The notes: generated by a model not told the origin, from the sequence alone. A stretch of 64,000 bases of DNA from Octopus sinensis (GCF_006345805.1 NC_043005.1:32612001-32676000), one strand, 5' to 3'. Counted from the stretch's first letter, positions 11,708-24,796 are shown. A program made the numbers and translations.

Positions 11708-11790
11708 CCCTTGGGCAAATGTCTTCTACTATGGCCTCAGGCCTACCAAAGCCTTGTGAGGTTGATTTCAAGAAGCTGAATTCCACAAAA
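11708..11790 (+). mobile_element. SINE family B CORE fragment, inverted against the previous copy
   Basis: CCTTGGGCAAATGTCTTCTACTATGGCC..CCAAAGCCTTGTGAG. Confidence 0.8.
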
Positions 11791-11898
11791 GAGATGGCAA
11801 AGAATGATAATAAATGGTGAGGGAGCCATGCAGGGTGACAGTCTTCTAACTTATGGAGAGTATAAAAAAAGTATAACAATGATGTAAACTTTATATAT

Positions 11899-12290
11899 AG
11901 GCACAGGTGTGGTTATGTGATAAGAAGCTTGCTTCCCAATCATATAGTTCCGGGTTCAGTCCCACTGCATGGCAACTTGGGCAAGTGTCTTCTACTATAG
12001 CCTCAGGCCAACCAAAACCTTGTGAGTAGATTTGGTAAACAGAAACTGAAAGAAGCCTGTCATATATATATGTATATATTTGTGTGTTTGTCTCCCACAC
12101 CATCACTTGACAACTGATGTTGGTGTGTTTATGCCACCGTAACTTAGTGGTTCGGCAAAGGTGGCCAATAGAATAAGTATTAGGCTTACAAAGAATAAGT
12201 CTTCGGATTGATTTGTTTGCCTAAAATCCCTTAAGGTGGTGCTCCAACATGGTTACGGTCAAATGACTGAAACAAGTAAAAAAGAAAAAA
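11899..12290 (+). mobile_element. Full-length SINE family B
   Basis: GGCACAGGTGTGG head, B-box GGTTCAGTCCC, CORE-like CTTGGGCAAGTG, 3' AATGACTGAAACAAGTAAAA. Confidence 0.9.
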
Positions 12291-12767
12291 AAATATGTGT
12301 GTTTGTGGCCTCTAAATTCATAATTTTCTAAGTGTCTACAAGACACTTACAAAAATTAAGTTTCTCTGTCTGCTGACTAAAATTTGGAAACTGTAGATTT
12401 ATCTTGTTTATTAAATTAAGAATCAAAACCAGTGGTAGAAGTGACACTGAATTACAAACATACACAAGAAAAATTGAATATATTAATATGATTGTTTGGC
12501 TTTTATTAGATTTACTCTATGAGATCTACTAAAATATATGGAATGAAATTTTGAAAATTTTCTGTTTATTCTAAGAAACAGTAAACTGATAGACTTGATG
12601 TTTTGTTTAATTTAATTAGAGTCTATTAAGTATTTTCTTTAAAACCTCAGGTTTCAATAAAATGTGCTGGAGTTAGTTGATAAAATCAACTATTCACCTA
12701 CCTTGCAAATGTATGGCTTTGTGCCAACATGAGAAAGGATTATTATTACTATTATTATTATTATCCA

Positions 12768-13670
12768 GGTGGCAAGCTGGCAGAATTGTTAGCATGCTGG
12801 AAAAACTGCTTAGTGGCATTTCTTCTGTCTTTACATTCTGAGTTCAAATTCCGCCGAGGTCAACTTTGCCTTTCATCCTTTCGAGATCAATAAAATAAGT
12901 ACCAGGTGAACACTGGGTCAATGTAATTGATTCATTCCCTCCCACCAAATTGTTGCCCTTGTGGCAAAATTTGAAACCATTATTATCATCATTATTATTA
13001 TTATTATTATTGTTGTTGTTATTATTAAAACGATAAATATTAGCATGCTGGGAAAAATACTTAGTGGTATTTTGTCCATCATTACATTCTTAGTTCAAAT
13101 TCCACCAAGGTCCACCTTGCCTTTCATCCTGTTGGGGGTCAATAAATTAAATACCAGTGAAACACTGGGGTTGGTGTATTTGACTATCCCCCTCCTAGAA
13201 TTGTTAGTGCATCAGACAAAATACTTAGCATCCCTTCATCCAGCTCATTACATCCTGAGTTCAAATTCCACCCAGGTTGACTTTGCCTTTCATCCTTTTA
13301 GGATTGATAAAATAAAGTACTAGTCAACAGATTTGCCCATCACCCTCCAAACTGCATGCCTTGTACTAAATTGAGATGCCGCCGCCGATGATCTCTACTG
13401 AAGGCACAAAGCTTGAAATTTATGGGGAAGTGACTAGTTGATTACATTGAACCTAGTGTGTAACTGGTACTTAATTTATTGACCATGAAAGAATGAAAGG
13501 GAAAGTTGACTTTGGCAGAATTTAAACTTAAAAAATAAGGATGGATGAAATGCTGCTAAGCATTTTGCCTAATGTGCTAATGATTCCACCAGCTCACCAC
13601 CTACTACTATTGCTGCTGCTGCTGCTGCTGCTGCTACTACTACTACTACTACTACTAATGATCATTGTTC

Positions 13671-13709
<39 letters not shown>

Positions 13710-14155
13710 GGTAGAATTGTTAGAGCATCAGAAAAATGCTTTGCCATATTTGTTCTGGCCCTTTACATTTTGAGTTTAAATTCTGCCCAGATCAACTTTA
13801 CTTTTCATCCTTCCAGACTTGAGGAAATAACATACTAGTCAAGTACTAAGGTTGTCCCTCCTCTCAAAATTGATAGTATTGTACCTAAATCAACAACCAT
13901 TGTCATTGTCATTATTTAGAGCAGTGAATTAACAAAATAATTAGGACATCAACCAAAATGTGTTTCAGCATTTATTCTGGCTCATTATATTCCAAGTTAA
14001 AATCCCATTAATGTCAACAACTTTGCCTTTTACTCTTCTGTCAGGAGGGGGGGGGGCGGCATCAATAAAATAATGTACCAGTCAAGTATGAAAAGTAGTG
14101 TAATAAGTAGCCACCCTTTTCCAAAATTTTGGTATTTGTACCTATATGAGAAACA
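12768..14155. mobile_element. Cluster of six SINE A copies: 12768-12979(+), 13028-13195(+), 13197-13378(+), 13398-13602(-), 13709-13898(+), 13918-14155(+)
   Basis: Repeated GAGTTCAAATTC/CTTTGCCTTTCATCC modules separated by (ATT)n, (CTA)n and (CTG)n tracts. Confidence 0.88.
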
Positions 14156-14169
14156 ATTATTATTATTTT

Positions 14170-15440
14170 TATTTATGCTTTTCCTCTGGCAGATCTTATA
14201 CTGACACCATACCAAAAGAGCAAGCCATATCCAATAGCCAAAAGTCTTTTGGGTCATTCGTTTTCCTTTGACTTTCTAACACCCTCCTTGGAATCCTTGC
14301 TGTTCATAACATGGCTGTTTTCTGCAACAGTCCTGTCTGGATGATAATTCCTAGCTTCTGAAGCCATGCATCGAACCTTTTACCATCTACTTCCAGTGTG
14401 CCAACCACAGTTAGTACCACTTCCAAGTGTCCGAGTCTCCATAGTTTCCTTATTTCTATCTTCACCTCCTGGTATCTATCAAATTTCTCACTTTCCTTCT
14501 CATTTACCTTGTGGTCCCCTTGTGAAGCAATATTCATATTAATTGCTTCATTCTTTTTCTATACTACAATGTCAGGTTTTCTAGCCACAATAAGATGGTC
14601 ACATTGGATGGTTTTTCCCACAAGATCTTATATTGTTTGTTTTCAGTAACCCTAGAAAGGTGCTCATACCATTTCTCACTTCTGCTCATGTCATACTTAT
14701 AACAGAGCTTCCAGTGAACCAATCTGGCAATGTTGTCTTACTTTCTCTTGTAGTCTTTCTGTGCAAGCCTCTTACATTCACTAATAATGTGGTGTATTGT
14801 TTCACCTTTCTCACCGCACAACTTACTAAGTGAGGGAAGTCACTGACTTGTTAGTATTGAACTTAATATAGTTTGTTCTCTGTGCCTGTGCTTAGAACAT
14901 GAAAATAAGGGCTTTAGTTTCAACTTTCAAGTTGCTTTTCCTAGTCCAATTCCAGATCTTATCTTTGTCATCTGTTTCAGGCATTTCCTGCAAGAATTGG
15001 CCATACATTTTTTCCTTTCCATCTATTCAAGATGTCATTCTTTCTGTCTTGTTTAAATTCCCCCTTTTCATTTGCTTCATCACTGCTTAGGACTTTTATA
15101 TTTCTTACTCCTGCCATCAATCTCTCATTTGAATTCTTTACATACCATACCAGATCTTTTTTCCTCAGACTTCACACACATTTCACAGCTAATGAGACCT
15201 CTTCCTCCTCTCTGTTGTGATAGATTTATATCACTCTCCACATCACTGTTGGGGTGTAGTGGCCCTTGTAGTATTATCATTTTCCTGGTTTTTCTATCAA
15301 GCTCCTGAAGTTCATCACTTCTCCATACCAGCCCTACACTTTAGAGTTGCAATGGCTTATGTGTTGACAGCTAGTATCTTAGTTGGCAGTCACAGAAGTA
15401 TCAGCACATTTGCTAACATCTGTATGATTTGCAACTAATA
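14170..15440 (-). mobile_element. R4/Dong-like retrotransposon 3' portion (thumb, CCHC, REL endonuclease, 3' UTR)
   Basis: ELDRKTRKM..LHPNSDVE..RGGRGLISCE; LCGEKGETIHHIISECKRLAQKDYKR; KWYEH; ARKPDIVV; EKESEKFDRYQEVKIEIRKLW; LLQKTAML. Ends in (AAT)n. Confidence 0.92.
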
Positions 15441-16184
15441 TATGGACATCTCAAAACCAAATAGACTCCCCTCCTTATTGTGTTTCATCTGTGTTTGGGA
15501 ATCTGGATATTTTAGTATTTCAAATCTCATGTTTTCCCAACTGGATGTCCTCCCTCCTGTGAACTCTTGAAATTGATGTGAGAGTGATTTTCAGTTTGGT
15601 AAATTCGAACCAAATGCTGAGAGTAACTTTCATCACACCAATAATGTAGCAAAATTTTGGGTTTCCATTTATGGACTGTGTAATCCACTGACGACCTCCC
15701 CCTAGTAACCCTGCACTTATGTAGAGTGGAGGATGTATTAATGGTGGTGGTAGAGTGTTTGTGGGGATTGTATCATGTCTTTTTAGTTGTTCTGTTTCCA
15801 ATATTAGTTCACTAAAGTTATAACATCTAATTTGATAGTATGTCAATTTCAATAGAAAATAATTTTCCAAAAAATCTATTAAGTGAAAGATATTAAAAAT
15901 CAATATTTTTTTTCAAGCAACTGACAGCTACTTTCTAGGTCTCCTGGCTTTAGTGCAGCCTGCTGGTGTCGGTTATGGTAACAGTAGAGTGTCCTACTTA
16001 CTATTAGGAGTTGTAACATTTTCTGCATCAGTCAATTCTCCATCCTGTATCCATTGCTTACCTGTTTTTTTTACTCTTTAATTATCTAGATTTCTCTACT
16101 GCTAGTGTCATCTGATGCTGATTGATTTCTTTTTTTATAAAGCCTCTCCTTATTATACACTCATTTCACTCTTCCTATTTTCCT

Positions 16185-16240
<56 letters not shown>

Positions 16241-18029
16241 AGATAGGTTATTCTTTCAAGTCTATGCCAGACCTAACTTTGGTCATTTTACTTTCAACAG
16301 AAACAGCACACACACAAAGGGCTCTCATCTCCTTGTCTTCATCTCATTGTCTGCTGTATCACCTTACTTCATCACTTCAATAATGAACAACTGTAATGCG
16401 ATGCAGCGTAGCAGCTGCACTTCCGTACACTACTGATAGGATATTGACTGAACTGTAGTTTCCATCGAATCATTGTTTCTATGATACTATCAGCAGCAGC
16501 AACAGCAGAAGGAAATACTGTTTATGTTATGTAATCAGACATGGCTGCCATTAACTATTACTGCCAGTTTCCTCTGTCTTCTTACATGTTGTGGCCAATC
16601 ATGATTTGGCTGGGGCACTTACAGTTAGTTCAATCTATCCCTATTTGCCTAATGATGCACAGTTTGTGATACTTTCCCAACATAGAATTTAATATTTTAT
16701 CTCTCTCTTAAAATCAGGATAAAAACAGCTTGATTTCTTACCATGTTTTGGTGAAACAAGTTTGCACTTCTGCTGTGGAAGGCTGTGATATAAACATCTG
16801 TTGTGTATCATTGATGTGGAACTGAACCTACTATAAAAACATCCTATTTAGTTAGTGGTTCAGACTTGAAGCTTTAAAGATGGTGCCCACTGATTATTTC
16901 AAAAAATGTTGCCTTTTGAGACCGATCTCGATTTATTTTACCATCTCTTAAATCTTGGCACACATCTGGTTATAAAATGTGTTGTGTCTAATCTTTTGAA
17001 ATGAATCAAATAATTTCATTTAGAAATGAGATTTTTATTAAGAAAACCCTGTGGTAAGACTCGCCAAGAAGATCCTGGTGATTTTTACTCAAGACATTGA
17101 GCAAAGAATTACTAATTTGAAGTTGCAATCTTGCCTTTCAATTGTGGTCAAAATTCCTATGGTTATTGTTCTTGAAATATATTTTAGATTTCACTATAAT
17201 TTTAATATATATATATATTTCTTTCTAACAGTTTTTAGAAATGTCTTGGGGCTTTTCAGAAATTATACAACAATAAACAAATTTCCTTTTCAAAGCCAAT
17301 CAAGTTTTAATTTTATAATCAGAAAATGTAATGAAATTGGTGGAAGTTGATTTCTTGTTTTGTTTTATGTAATAGTCAGATAATAAAATGTAACTGTTCT
17401 AATAACATCTTCGATATTCATCTAAATTTGTAGATATGAACATCCAACAACCTCTGAACAAAATATTCTCATACCATACAGATTTTTTGACATAGTTTAA
17501 TATTACCAAACTTTCTGGTCATCCATCTTCTTAATTTTTAACTGTCTATATTAATTAATCAGAACTAATTTATTTCATGCTTAGGTTTTCCAACAACTTT
17601 CCTGTGAGGAGATTTTGTTGAAGTGTTTCAAGCGATTAAAATTATTTTATTACACCTCTTTTTTATATATTTTATTTTGATTTCTTGTGTTTGTTGGGTA
17701 TTGAATAATTTGAAACTTTTAAAAGATAAATACCTTAATTCACTTGTTATAATATTTATAGGCTCTATCTTCATTAAAGAAGATATTGATGTGTGTGTGT
17801 ATCATCATCATCATTGTTTATATATATAAATTTATATAAATAAGGATAAGATCGTTATTTAAAATACCGATCATATCAGGTGGCTAGCATGAGAATAATT
17901 ATTATTAAAATTATAATTAAGGGTATCTAAAAGATACCACCATGCGAGATATAGCAGCCAAAACTTGACTCTCTCACTATATATATGTACACACATGCAC
18001 ACCCACCTAGAAGAGATTTAGATGCTACG

Positions 18030-18384
18030 TACTCTCTCTCTTTACTCTTTCACCTGTTTCAGTCATTTGACTGTGGCCATGCTGGAGCACCGCCTTTAGT
18101 CAAGGAAATCGATCCCAGGACTTATTCTTTTGTAAGCCTAGTACATATTTTACCGGTCTCTTTTGTCGAACCGCTAAGTAAACACACCAGCATCGGTTGT
18201 CAAACACCCACACATATATATATTCGACAGGCTTCTTCAGTTTCCGTCTACCAGATCCACTCACAAGGCTTTGGTCAGCCCGAGGCTATAGTAGAAGACA
18301 CTTGCCCAAGGTGCCACGCAGTGGGACTGAACCCAGAACCATGTGGTTGGTAAGCAAGCTACTTACCACACAGCCACTCCTGCA
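18030..18384 (-). mobile_element. Full-length SINE family B
   Basis: Well-conserved reverse complement of the family B consensus. Confidence 0.92.
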
Positions 18385-18709
18385 ATGATGTATTTTTATA
18401 AATTTATTTTCACTTCAATACATTTTCATGTAACCAGTATATTGCTGTATATCAGCCTAATTTTAAACACGTTAATGTTTTTAATTGATAACCTTCATTG
18501 TTTCAACATCACTTTCTGTTACTTTCAACTTTAAAATTGTAAATTTTAGGTTCAAATTCCCTCTTCTCTTCTGTTCACATCTTTTGTTTTTTTTAACCTC
18601 CATATGCCTATCTTATTATTTTATTTACTGTCACTCTTTTATTCATTCACTGTTTCTTTATTACATTGTCTCTATTTCTATAATTATTTCTTTGATCTCA
18701 GATGAATGA

Positions 18710-18741
18710 TTCTAATGTTTTCTTTCTCTTTTCAGGTAAGT
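18710..18741 (+). promoter_or_regulatory. Candidate recursive splice site (branch point, polypyrimidine tract, CAG|GTAAGT)
   Basis: TTCTAATGTTTTCTTTCTCTTTTCAG|GTAAGT; AG at 18734-35, donor at 18736-41. Confidence 0.45.
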
Positions 18742-19501
18742 TCATTTGGATACGCATAATCCTTTATGTGATATTTACTGTAATAATCTGTAAGTAAAAT
18801 GAACTGACTTTACCCCTCCTCCTTTACTTGCTAAATCAACATTTGCCCCTCCGATTTGTTGCCCAACTGAAGTGATAAAATGGTAAAGAAAATTCTTCAC
18901 ATACTTTATTAAGGTTTCTTTAATACCAGTTTGCATTTGTAAAATGTACAAGATCAGTGGATTACAGTATTGGACAAATGACTGTTGCTTAATATTGAGC
19001 TTTGACTAGTGGAAACAGCTTCATGTTTAATGAAGAAATTGTAGAATTTTTTTTCTGTATGGCTGTTAAAGATACCTTGCATTGTATCTACTACTACTAC
19101 TACTGCTACTACTATTACTACATTCCTCAAGAGTCACATTGATATTTCACTTCAAGTTGGTTACATCACTACTTTACATATATCGTTGACTATGTACAAG
19201 AGCAGAGATGTACAATATCATGTATTTTGTAAGTTTGCAGAGTTCTTTTTTAAGTTTATGGCTTTCTTCAGCTTTAGAATTACGAAGGGCTCCTTCTAGA
19301 AATAGAAGTATTTCGCTCTTAATTCCCAACATTCTTGATAGTTCTTGTAAATCTTTGTAGTTTTTTTAGACTTTCATAAAGATTCTCACTAATGTACATA
19401 GATATCTTCCAGTTGGCAGATTTATTTTCTGTACATCTATGATAACAAGATCGGATGTGTTAGCCACAACTACACATCTATAATAAAAAATATCTAGTTT
19501 G

Positions 19502-19697
19502 TTAACAACATTATTTCTACATGTCCATGACAACAAGATTTGGCCTGTTAGCAACCTTATCTCTTCATGTCCATGACAACAAGATTGACCTATTCACAGC
19601 CTTATTTCTACATATCTATGACAAGATTGACCTATTCACAACCTTTTTTCTACATATCCATGATAGCAAAAAATGGCCTGTTAGCAACATTATTTCT
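19502..19697. repeat. Degenerate ~42-46 bp minisatellite (about 4 units)
   Basis: Recurrent TTATTTCTACAT(G/A)TCCATGACAACAAGATTG(G/A)CCT. Confidence 0.85.
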
Positions 19698-20648
19698 CCT
19701 CTAAAAGATAAAATTTTGACCTGTTGTTGTAGGAGGGGGCACTGAAAAAAGTACTGGGGCGGCATTGATAGAAATGGTAGTGCTAGCATCATCTGTGTGT
19801 GTTTGTGAATAAAGTATGGAACTGAAGTTCAGTTCAAAGATTTCTTTTAAAAATCATTTCAACTTATATGGATTTAAGTGGCAACATGAAGATGAAATGT
19901 AAAAGTATCTTCTTACTAGCCATTGTCCATTTTACTAGCAGTCATATAATAAAGAATAGGTTTCTCCATTACAATGATTCTTTATTATTTTGGTTGTTGT
20001 TTCAACCCTGGCCTTATTGATATTGTTCTAGCAGATTAATATCTCTCCTTGTTTTATATTTTATACTTTGGCTGTCATGTGTCTTCATAATATTTTTACT
20101 GCTCAATGTAACTATGATTAATATAATCTAACACTCATAATTGACAGCTCTGATGGTTAAATTTCTAGTATGTTTGCTTTTGTGTTTAATGTTATTGTGG
20201 CTTATATGAACAATCACTGGTATTACTTTTCCTTTAAACAATTAATCTATTACATTGATAACCTTCTTGTAATGGATGTGCTAACGAAAGCAATAAGTTT
20301 TGATATTGGGAGAAGTTCTCTATTACATTTCCATTGATTGATATCTCACTAATGACCATAACTGACGTCCACTGATGAATTCATGAAATATATTGTATAC
20401 ACACAACATTGATCACTTGGTGAAGTAGACATCAGTCTTAATCCAGCTTTATAAAATTGGTATCATCTTACTCTGATCAGTGCTGTTTGGTCTACCTCTA
20501 CAGAGAGAATTAGCAGTGTGTGTGTGTATAGACACTGCATTTGCACTGTATAAATAATACATTGCACAAATTTGTTATATAAAGTAATGGCCATCTAACT
20601 TCATTGATATTTACACTTGCGATACCTTTTGATAAATGCAAAGAAACA

Positions 20649-20708
<60 letters not shown>

Positions 20709-20897
20709 GCACATGCACACAGCTAAAAGGACAATGTTTATGTGTGTACACACAGAGGCTATAGAAGATCTGCCTCACTGAGTTTAAGCTGAGCCATGTA
20801 AACATGGGAAAGTGAATGTTTAAACAATTTAAACATATGGTGAGTTGAGTGGAATGAAGTAAAATAATTTTGGAGGCTACTTTGGTATGTACTGTAT

Positions 20898-20935
<38 letters not shown>

Positions 20936-21189
20936 GCATGCAGTGAATATTGCTTGCAAAATCAACATATTGTTGAAAAGTGGAAGAAATGCATGAGTCA
21001 TGGGCCAAAATGAGAGCCATCCAGTAATTGAATTTAAGGGGTTTCTCCAAGCATTGTAGCTGTATTCTTTTGTCTGAACAGTTGAAGCAGAGTTATGGAT
21101 AAACCACTTGGAGGACTTGAAGGTGTGAATTTTTGTTGCATATGGTGTGTAAAGGGACTTGCTTGAGAGGCTGGCATCAGTTATTGACA

Positions 21190-21960
21190 TACCTGTTTCT
21201 TACAGGTCAGGGATGAAGGATATATGCTGCCAGAGGTAGTTTACATAGAACTGATTGAAGTGGCTGAGCTCTGACTAATGATGTGCTGAAGAATTTAAGT
21301 TGTGATGTGTAGTGTAGTGTGTTGATGTATGATGGGTAATCACAATAAAGCAGTGGTTGGATGACCTACTCGTAGCAGTAATGGTACTGATATGGCAGAG
21401 GTTGAATCTGGAGGTGAGATAGGGTTCAAGGGTGTTTGTTGTGTCTTGGGTTAGTTTGGAATAAATTCAGAGAATGAAATTAGTTTTGGCAAAAGGTTGA
21501 GGATGGCAAACGATTCAGTAACTGCATGAATGCCAGGAAGAGTTATGAAAAATGAAGTCATTGAAGATGATTCCTCAAAGAGAGGTGGTTTTTAGTGTAT
21601 GGATCAAAGAGCTAGTGGCAAATGAGAGAGGGAGACTTTGGTCCACACTTACTCGAAATCTGTGTTGCTGATGTCCAGGTGATTAGCAGGGTGAGTGGAC
21701 TCTGTGTATACACAGAGTTTGAGTAAACAATGTAGCTTGGCTGATACAAGGGGACTATTGTTAAAGGTTGAAAAACTTGTGTCTTAATGAAGAATAAGGT
21801 GTCAGATGCCTGAGTGGATTGGAGTTCATAGATGTTAGAAAAAATGAAAGGAGATTGTCTAGTGGGTTTTAGATTTTGGTAAATTTTAGGTTTAGGGAGG
21901 TGTAGAGTGTCTCAATGCCTCATGAGGCAAGACCTTGTTGAGAACCTGGTCTGACTGCTT
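21190..21960 (-). mobile_element. Highly decayed CR1/L2-like LINE 3' fragment
   Basis: TSRSSNHCFIV..HY..LW resembles CR1-group C-termini; many stops. Confidence 0.4.
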
Positions 21961-22436
21961 GTTATGTAGGAATTCTGCTAAAAGCATCAGTGGATCAGAG
22001 ATGATGATGTTTATATTAGCTGCATTATGTGACTATCATTCAAACCAAAAGAAGAGGTGCAGATTCTAGACCATATACAAGAGTATATTAGCCAAAATGG
22101 TAAATGGTAACCCAGAAACAAACATGAATACACAGACAAATGCTACAACAGGAATAATTTTAGAAATAATTTTTCATGTATGTGGTGACAATGGCAATAA
22201 TAATAATAATAATAATAATGATAATAATAATAAATAAAAAGACATCTGTAGGAAGCGGCCAGCAAGTAGTGTTGAGGAAGAGAAGGGAGAGAGAAGCCAA
22301 CAATAATAGTGAGGGACTGCTAAGTCTATCAAGTAATCTATATAGATTCTCTAGTAGAAAAAAAAAAAAAAAAAAAACCCACACAAAAGAAGCTATTAAT
22401 GTATATTTGAGATTTTTAAAGATATATGTATATATA

Positions 22437-23313
22437 CGAGGTGGTATTAAAAAATTCCTGAACTAGTTCTCTAGTGCACCAACAGATGGCAGCACACAGT
22501 TGTGAGCACAGTGAAAGCTAGCAGTGATCTTCATGTGGCAGTGTGCCAAGTGACATCGTTTTATAAAATTTCTGTTTTTGTGATCACATGTATCCTGTAG
22601 ACTGCAATTTTTTATGGACAAGAACAAAGAGCCAATGTGAAATTTTGAGTTAAACTTAGGAAGTCTTCTACTGAGACATTGAGCATGTTTTGGCAAGCTT
22701 ATGGCAATGGGTTGTGCACAGTGTTTTGAGTGGCACAGGTGCTTCAAAAGTGGAAAAATGTCCCTGGAAGACAATGATCAACCCGAAAGACTTACCATGA
22801 GTGTTGCCCCCAGAAATGTGGTAGTGTGCATCAAGAATTTGTTCCTTAGGGCCAGACTGTCAATTGAGAGTTCTGTGATGTTTTGAAGTGTTTGAGAGAG
22901 GACACTCGGCAAAGATGACCAGATCTGTGTAGTGTAAAGAATTGAATTCTTCATGACAATAATGCACCCTGTCACTGAGCTCTCCTCACTTGTGAGTTTC
23001 TTGCCAAAAACAGCATGGTATTGCTTCTGCACATGCCCTGATCTCCAGATTTAGTACCTGCAGACTTTCCCAAGATGAAAACGCAGTTCAAAGTTTGCCT
23101 TTTTTAACACCATCGTCAAGATACAGAGAGAACTGCAGGTCCTCGACTCAAGAAAAATGACTTCCAGGCCAGATTCCAAAAGTGGCAGGAACTCTGGGAC
23201 TGGTGTATTGCTGTGCAAGGTGACTATTTTGAAGGAGATGATGTTAAAACTTTGGTAAATAAGTTATTTTTTATTAAGCATAACTAGCCCAGGAACCTTT
23301 TGATGCCACCTCA
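22437..23313 (+). mobile_element. Internally deleted mariner
   Basis: TIR CGAGGTGGTATTAAAAAATTCCTG versus reverse complement TGAGGTGGCATCAAAAGGTTCCTG. EQRANVKF..KSSTET..AYG; FEWHRCFKSG; VHQEFVP.GQTVN; ILHDN; SPDLVPADF; GDYFEGD. Confidence 0.9.
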
Positions 23314-23501
23314 CACATGTGTATATAAATAATAGACATCCATCATCATACTGTCTGATGATGCCTTAGCAGGCTGAAATTTTTGCAGTCACTGTCAGTA
23401 CAGTGTTGTCATGTTTCTTTTACTATTGTCCACCTCAACTGTTATTCATTCCACTCCAATAATTCTCATACTCTTCACTCACTTATTCTGGTTCTTTTTT
23501 G

Positions 23502-23544
<43 letters not shown>

Positions 23545-23918
23545 TACACACACATGACTTTGATTGAACTAATATTAATACATCTTAGAGCAGTGGGGAC
23601 TGCCGACTCCTATGAGTACGCAAGGCTACCGACCTCTCTTGGTGAGACCATGATAGACTATAGTGAAGACATTCTGTAAGCAGGGTGACATGTGGAAAAA
23701 ATGAAGGGTGAAGTGGATCTATTTATCTTCTTTTGTTGAGGACATGACAGGCTCTCTAATGTTGATGTCACAGATTAAATACACTCAAAGCACTCTGTAA
23801 AGGAATTGGTGGTTGGAGGGGCACCTGACTGTAAGAGCCAATCTTCTCACCAACAAAACTGTAACATGAGAAGTGAAATAAAAGGATAATCATGTTGATG
23901 GTCACATATACATGTATA

Positions 23919-24445
23919 TGAGGTCTGATTAAAAAGTATCAGGACTGGTGCTATAGAAAAGAACATGACAGCATGTCAATTTGAAGTAGTCCCCTACTAA
24001 AGCCACACACTTTATTCAGCATCGTTTCCATTGATGGAAGCATTCCTGGTACTCCTTCTTTGGGATAGTGAGCAGCTACATTGTTATATTCTCTTTGATT
24101 TCCTTGAAATCTCGAAATCTTCCACTGTGAAAATGGAGCTTTGGCTTCAGGGTCATAGCCATAGGTCCACAATTTGTCACCTGTTTGACCATTTTCAAAG
24201 AAATTTTGTCTTCCTCAACACAGTCAAAGGGATCCTGTGCAGCTGAAACCCAATCTTCTTTCTGAGACAATCACACTCTACACACTAGCACTGCTATATA
24301 CTATAGAAGTGAGCAAGAAGGTTATAACTTGGTGTGTGTATGTGCATGACAGAGTTCAAAGTCAATCTGTGCCCAGCAACTTCACTCTCTGTATTTTAGA
24401 TTTGTTACCATAGCAACAATCCCCATACTTTTTGATCAGACCTCA
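23919..24445 (-). mobile_element. Short (527 bp) deleted mariner derivative with near-perfect TIRs
   Basis: TA|TGAGGTCTGATTAAAAAGTAT ... ATACTTTTTGATCAGACCTCA|TA; WTYGYDPEAK..SQWK remnant. Confidence 0.9.
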
Positions 24446-24450
24446 TATAT

Positions 24451-24755
24451 CATCATCATCATCATCATCGTTTAACGTCCGTTCTCCATGCTAGCATGGG
24501 TTGGACGGTTCGACCGGGGATCTGGGAAGCCAGAAGGCTGCACCAGGCTCCAGTCTTATCTGGCAATGTTTCTACAGCTGGATGCCCTTCCTAACGCCAA
24601 CCACTCCGTGAGTGTAGTGGGTGCTTTTTACGTGCCACCTGCACAGGTGCCAGGCGAGGCTGGCAACGGCCAAGGTCGGATTGGTGTATTTTATGTGCCA
24701 CCGGCACGGAAGCCAGTAGAGGCGGCGCTGGCATCGGCCACGAGTCGGATAGTGC

Positions 24756-24760
<5 letters not shown>
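24451..24760 (-). mobile_element. Young-looking RTE 3'-UTR fragment
   Basis: (CAT)6 tail, CCATGCTAGCATGG palindrome, retained CpGs, two double-hairpin units. Confidence 0.92.

Positions 24761-24796
<36 letters not shown>

Noticed and set aside
11899-11980. tRNA gene-like A/B boxes (also in the other SINE heads)
   Set aside because: SINE heads without a complete cloverleaf; not tRNA genes.
15440-16520. Unique-looking sequence with a 127-aa minus-strand ORF and a CAGGTAAG motif on the minus strand
   Set aside because: No recognisable domain or consistent exon structure in any frame.
23348-23407. CTGATGA-TGCCT-TAGC-AGGCT-GAAA hammerhead-like core
   Set aside because: Stem II closes on a U-U mismatch, and I could not place stem I, stem III and an NUH triplet in a consistent register.
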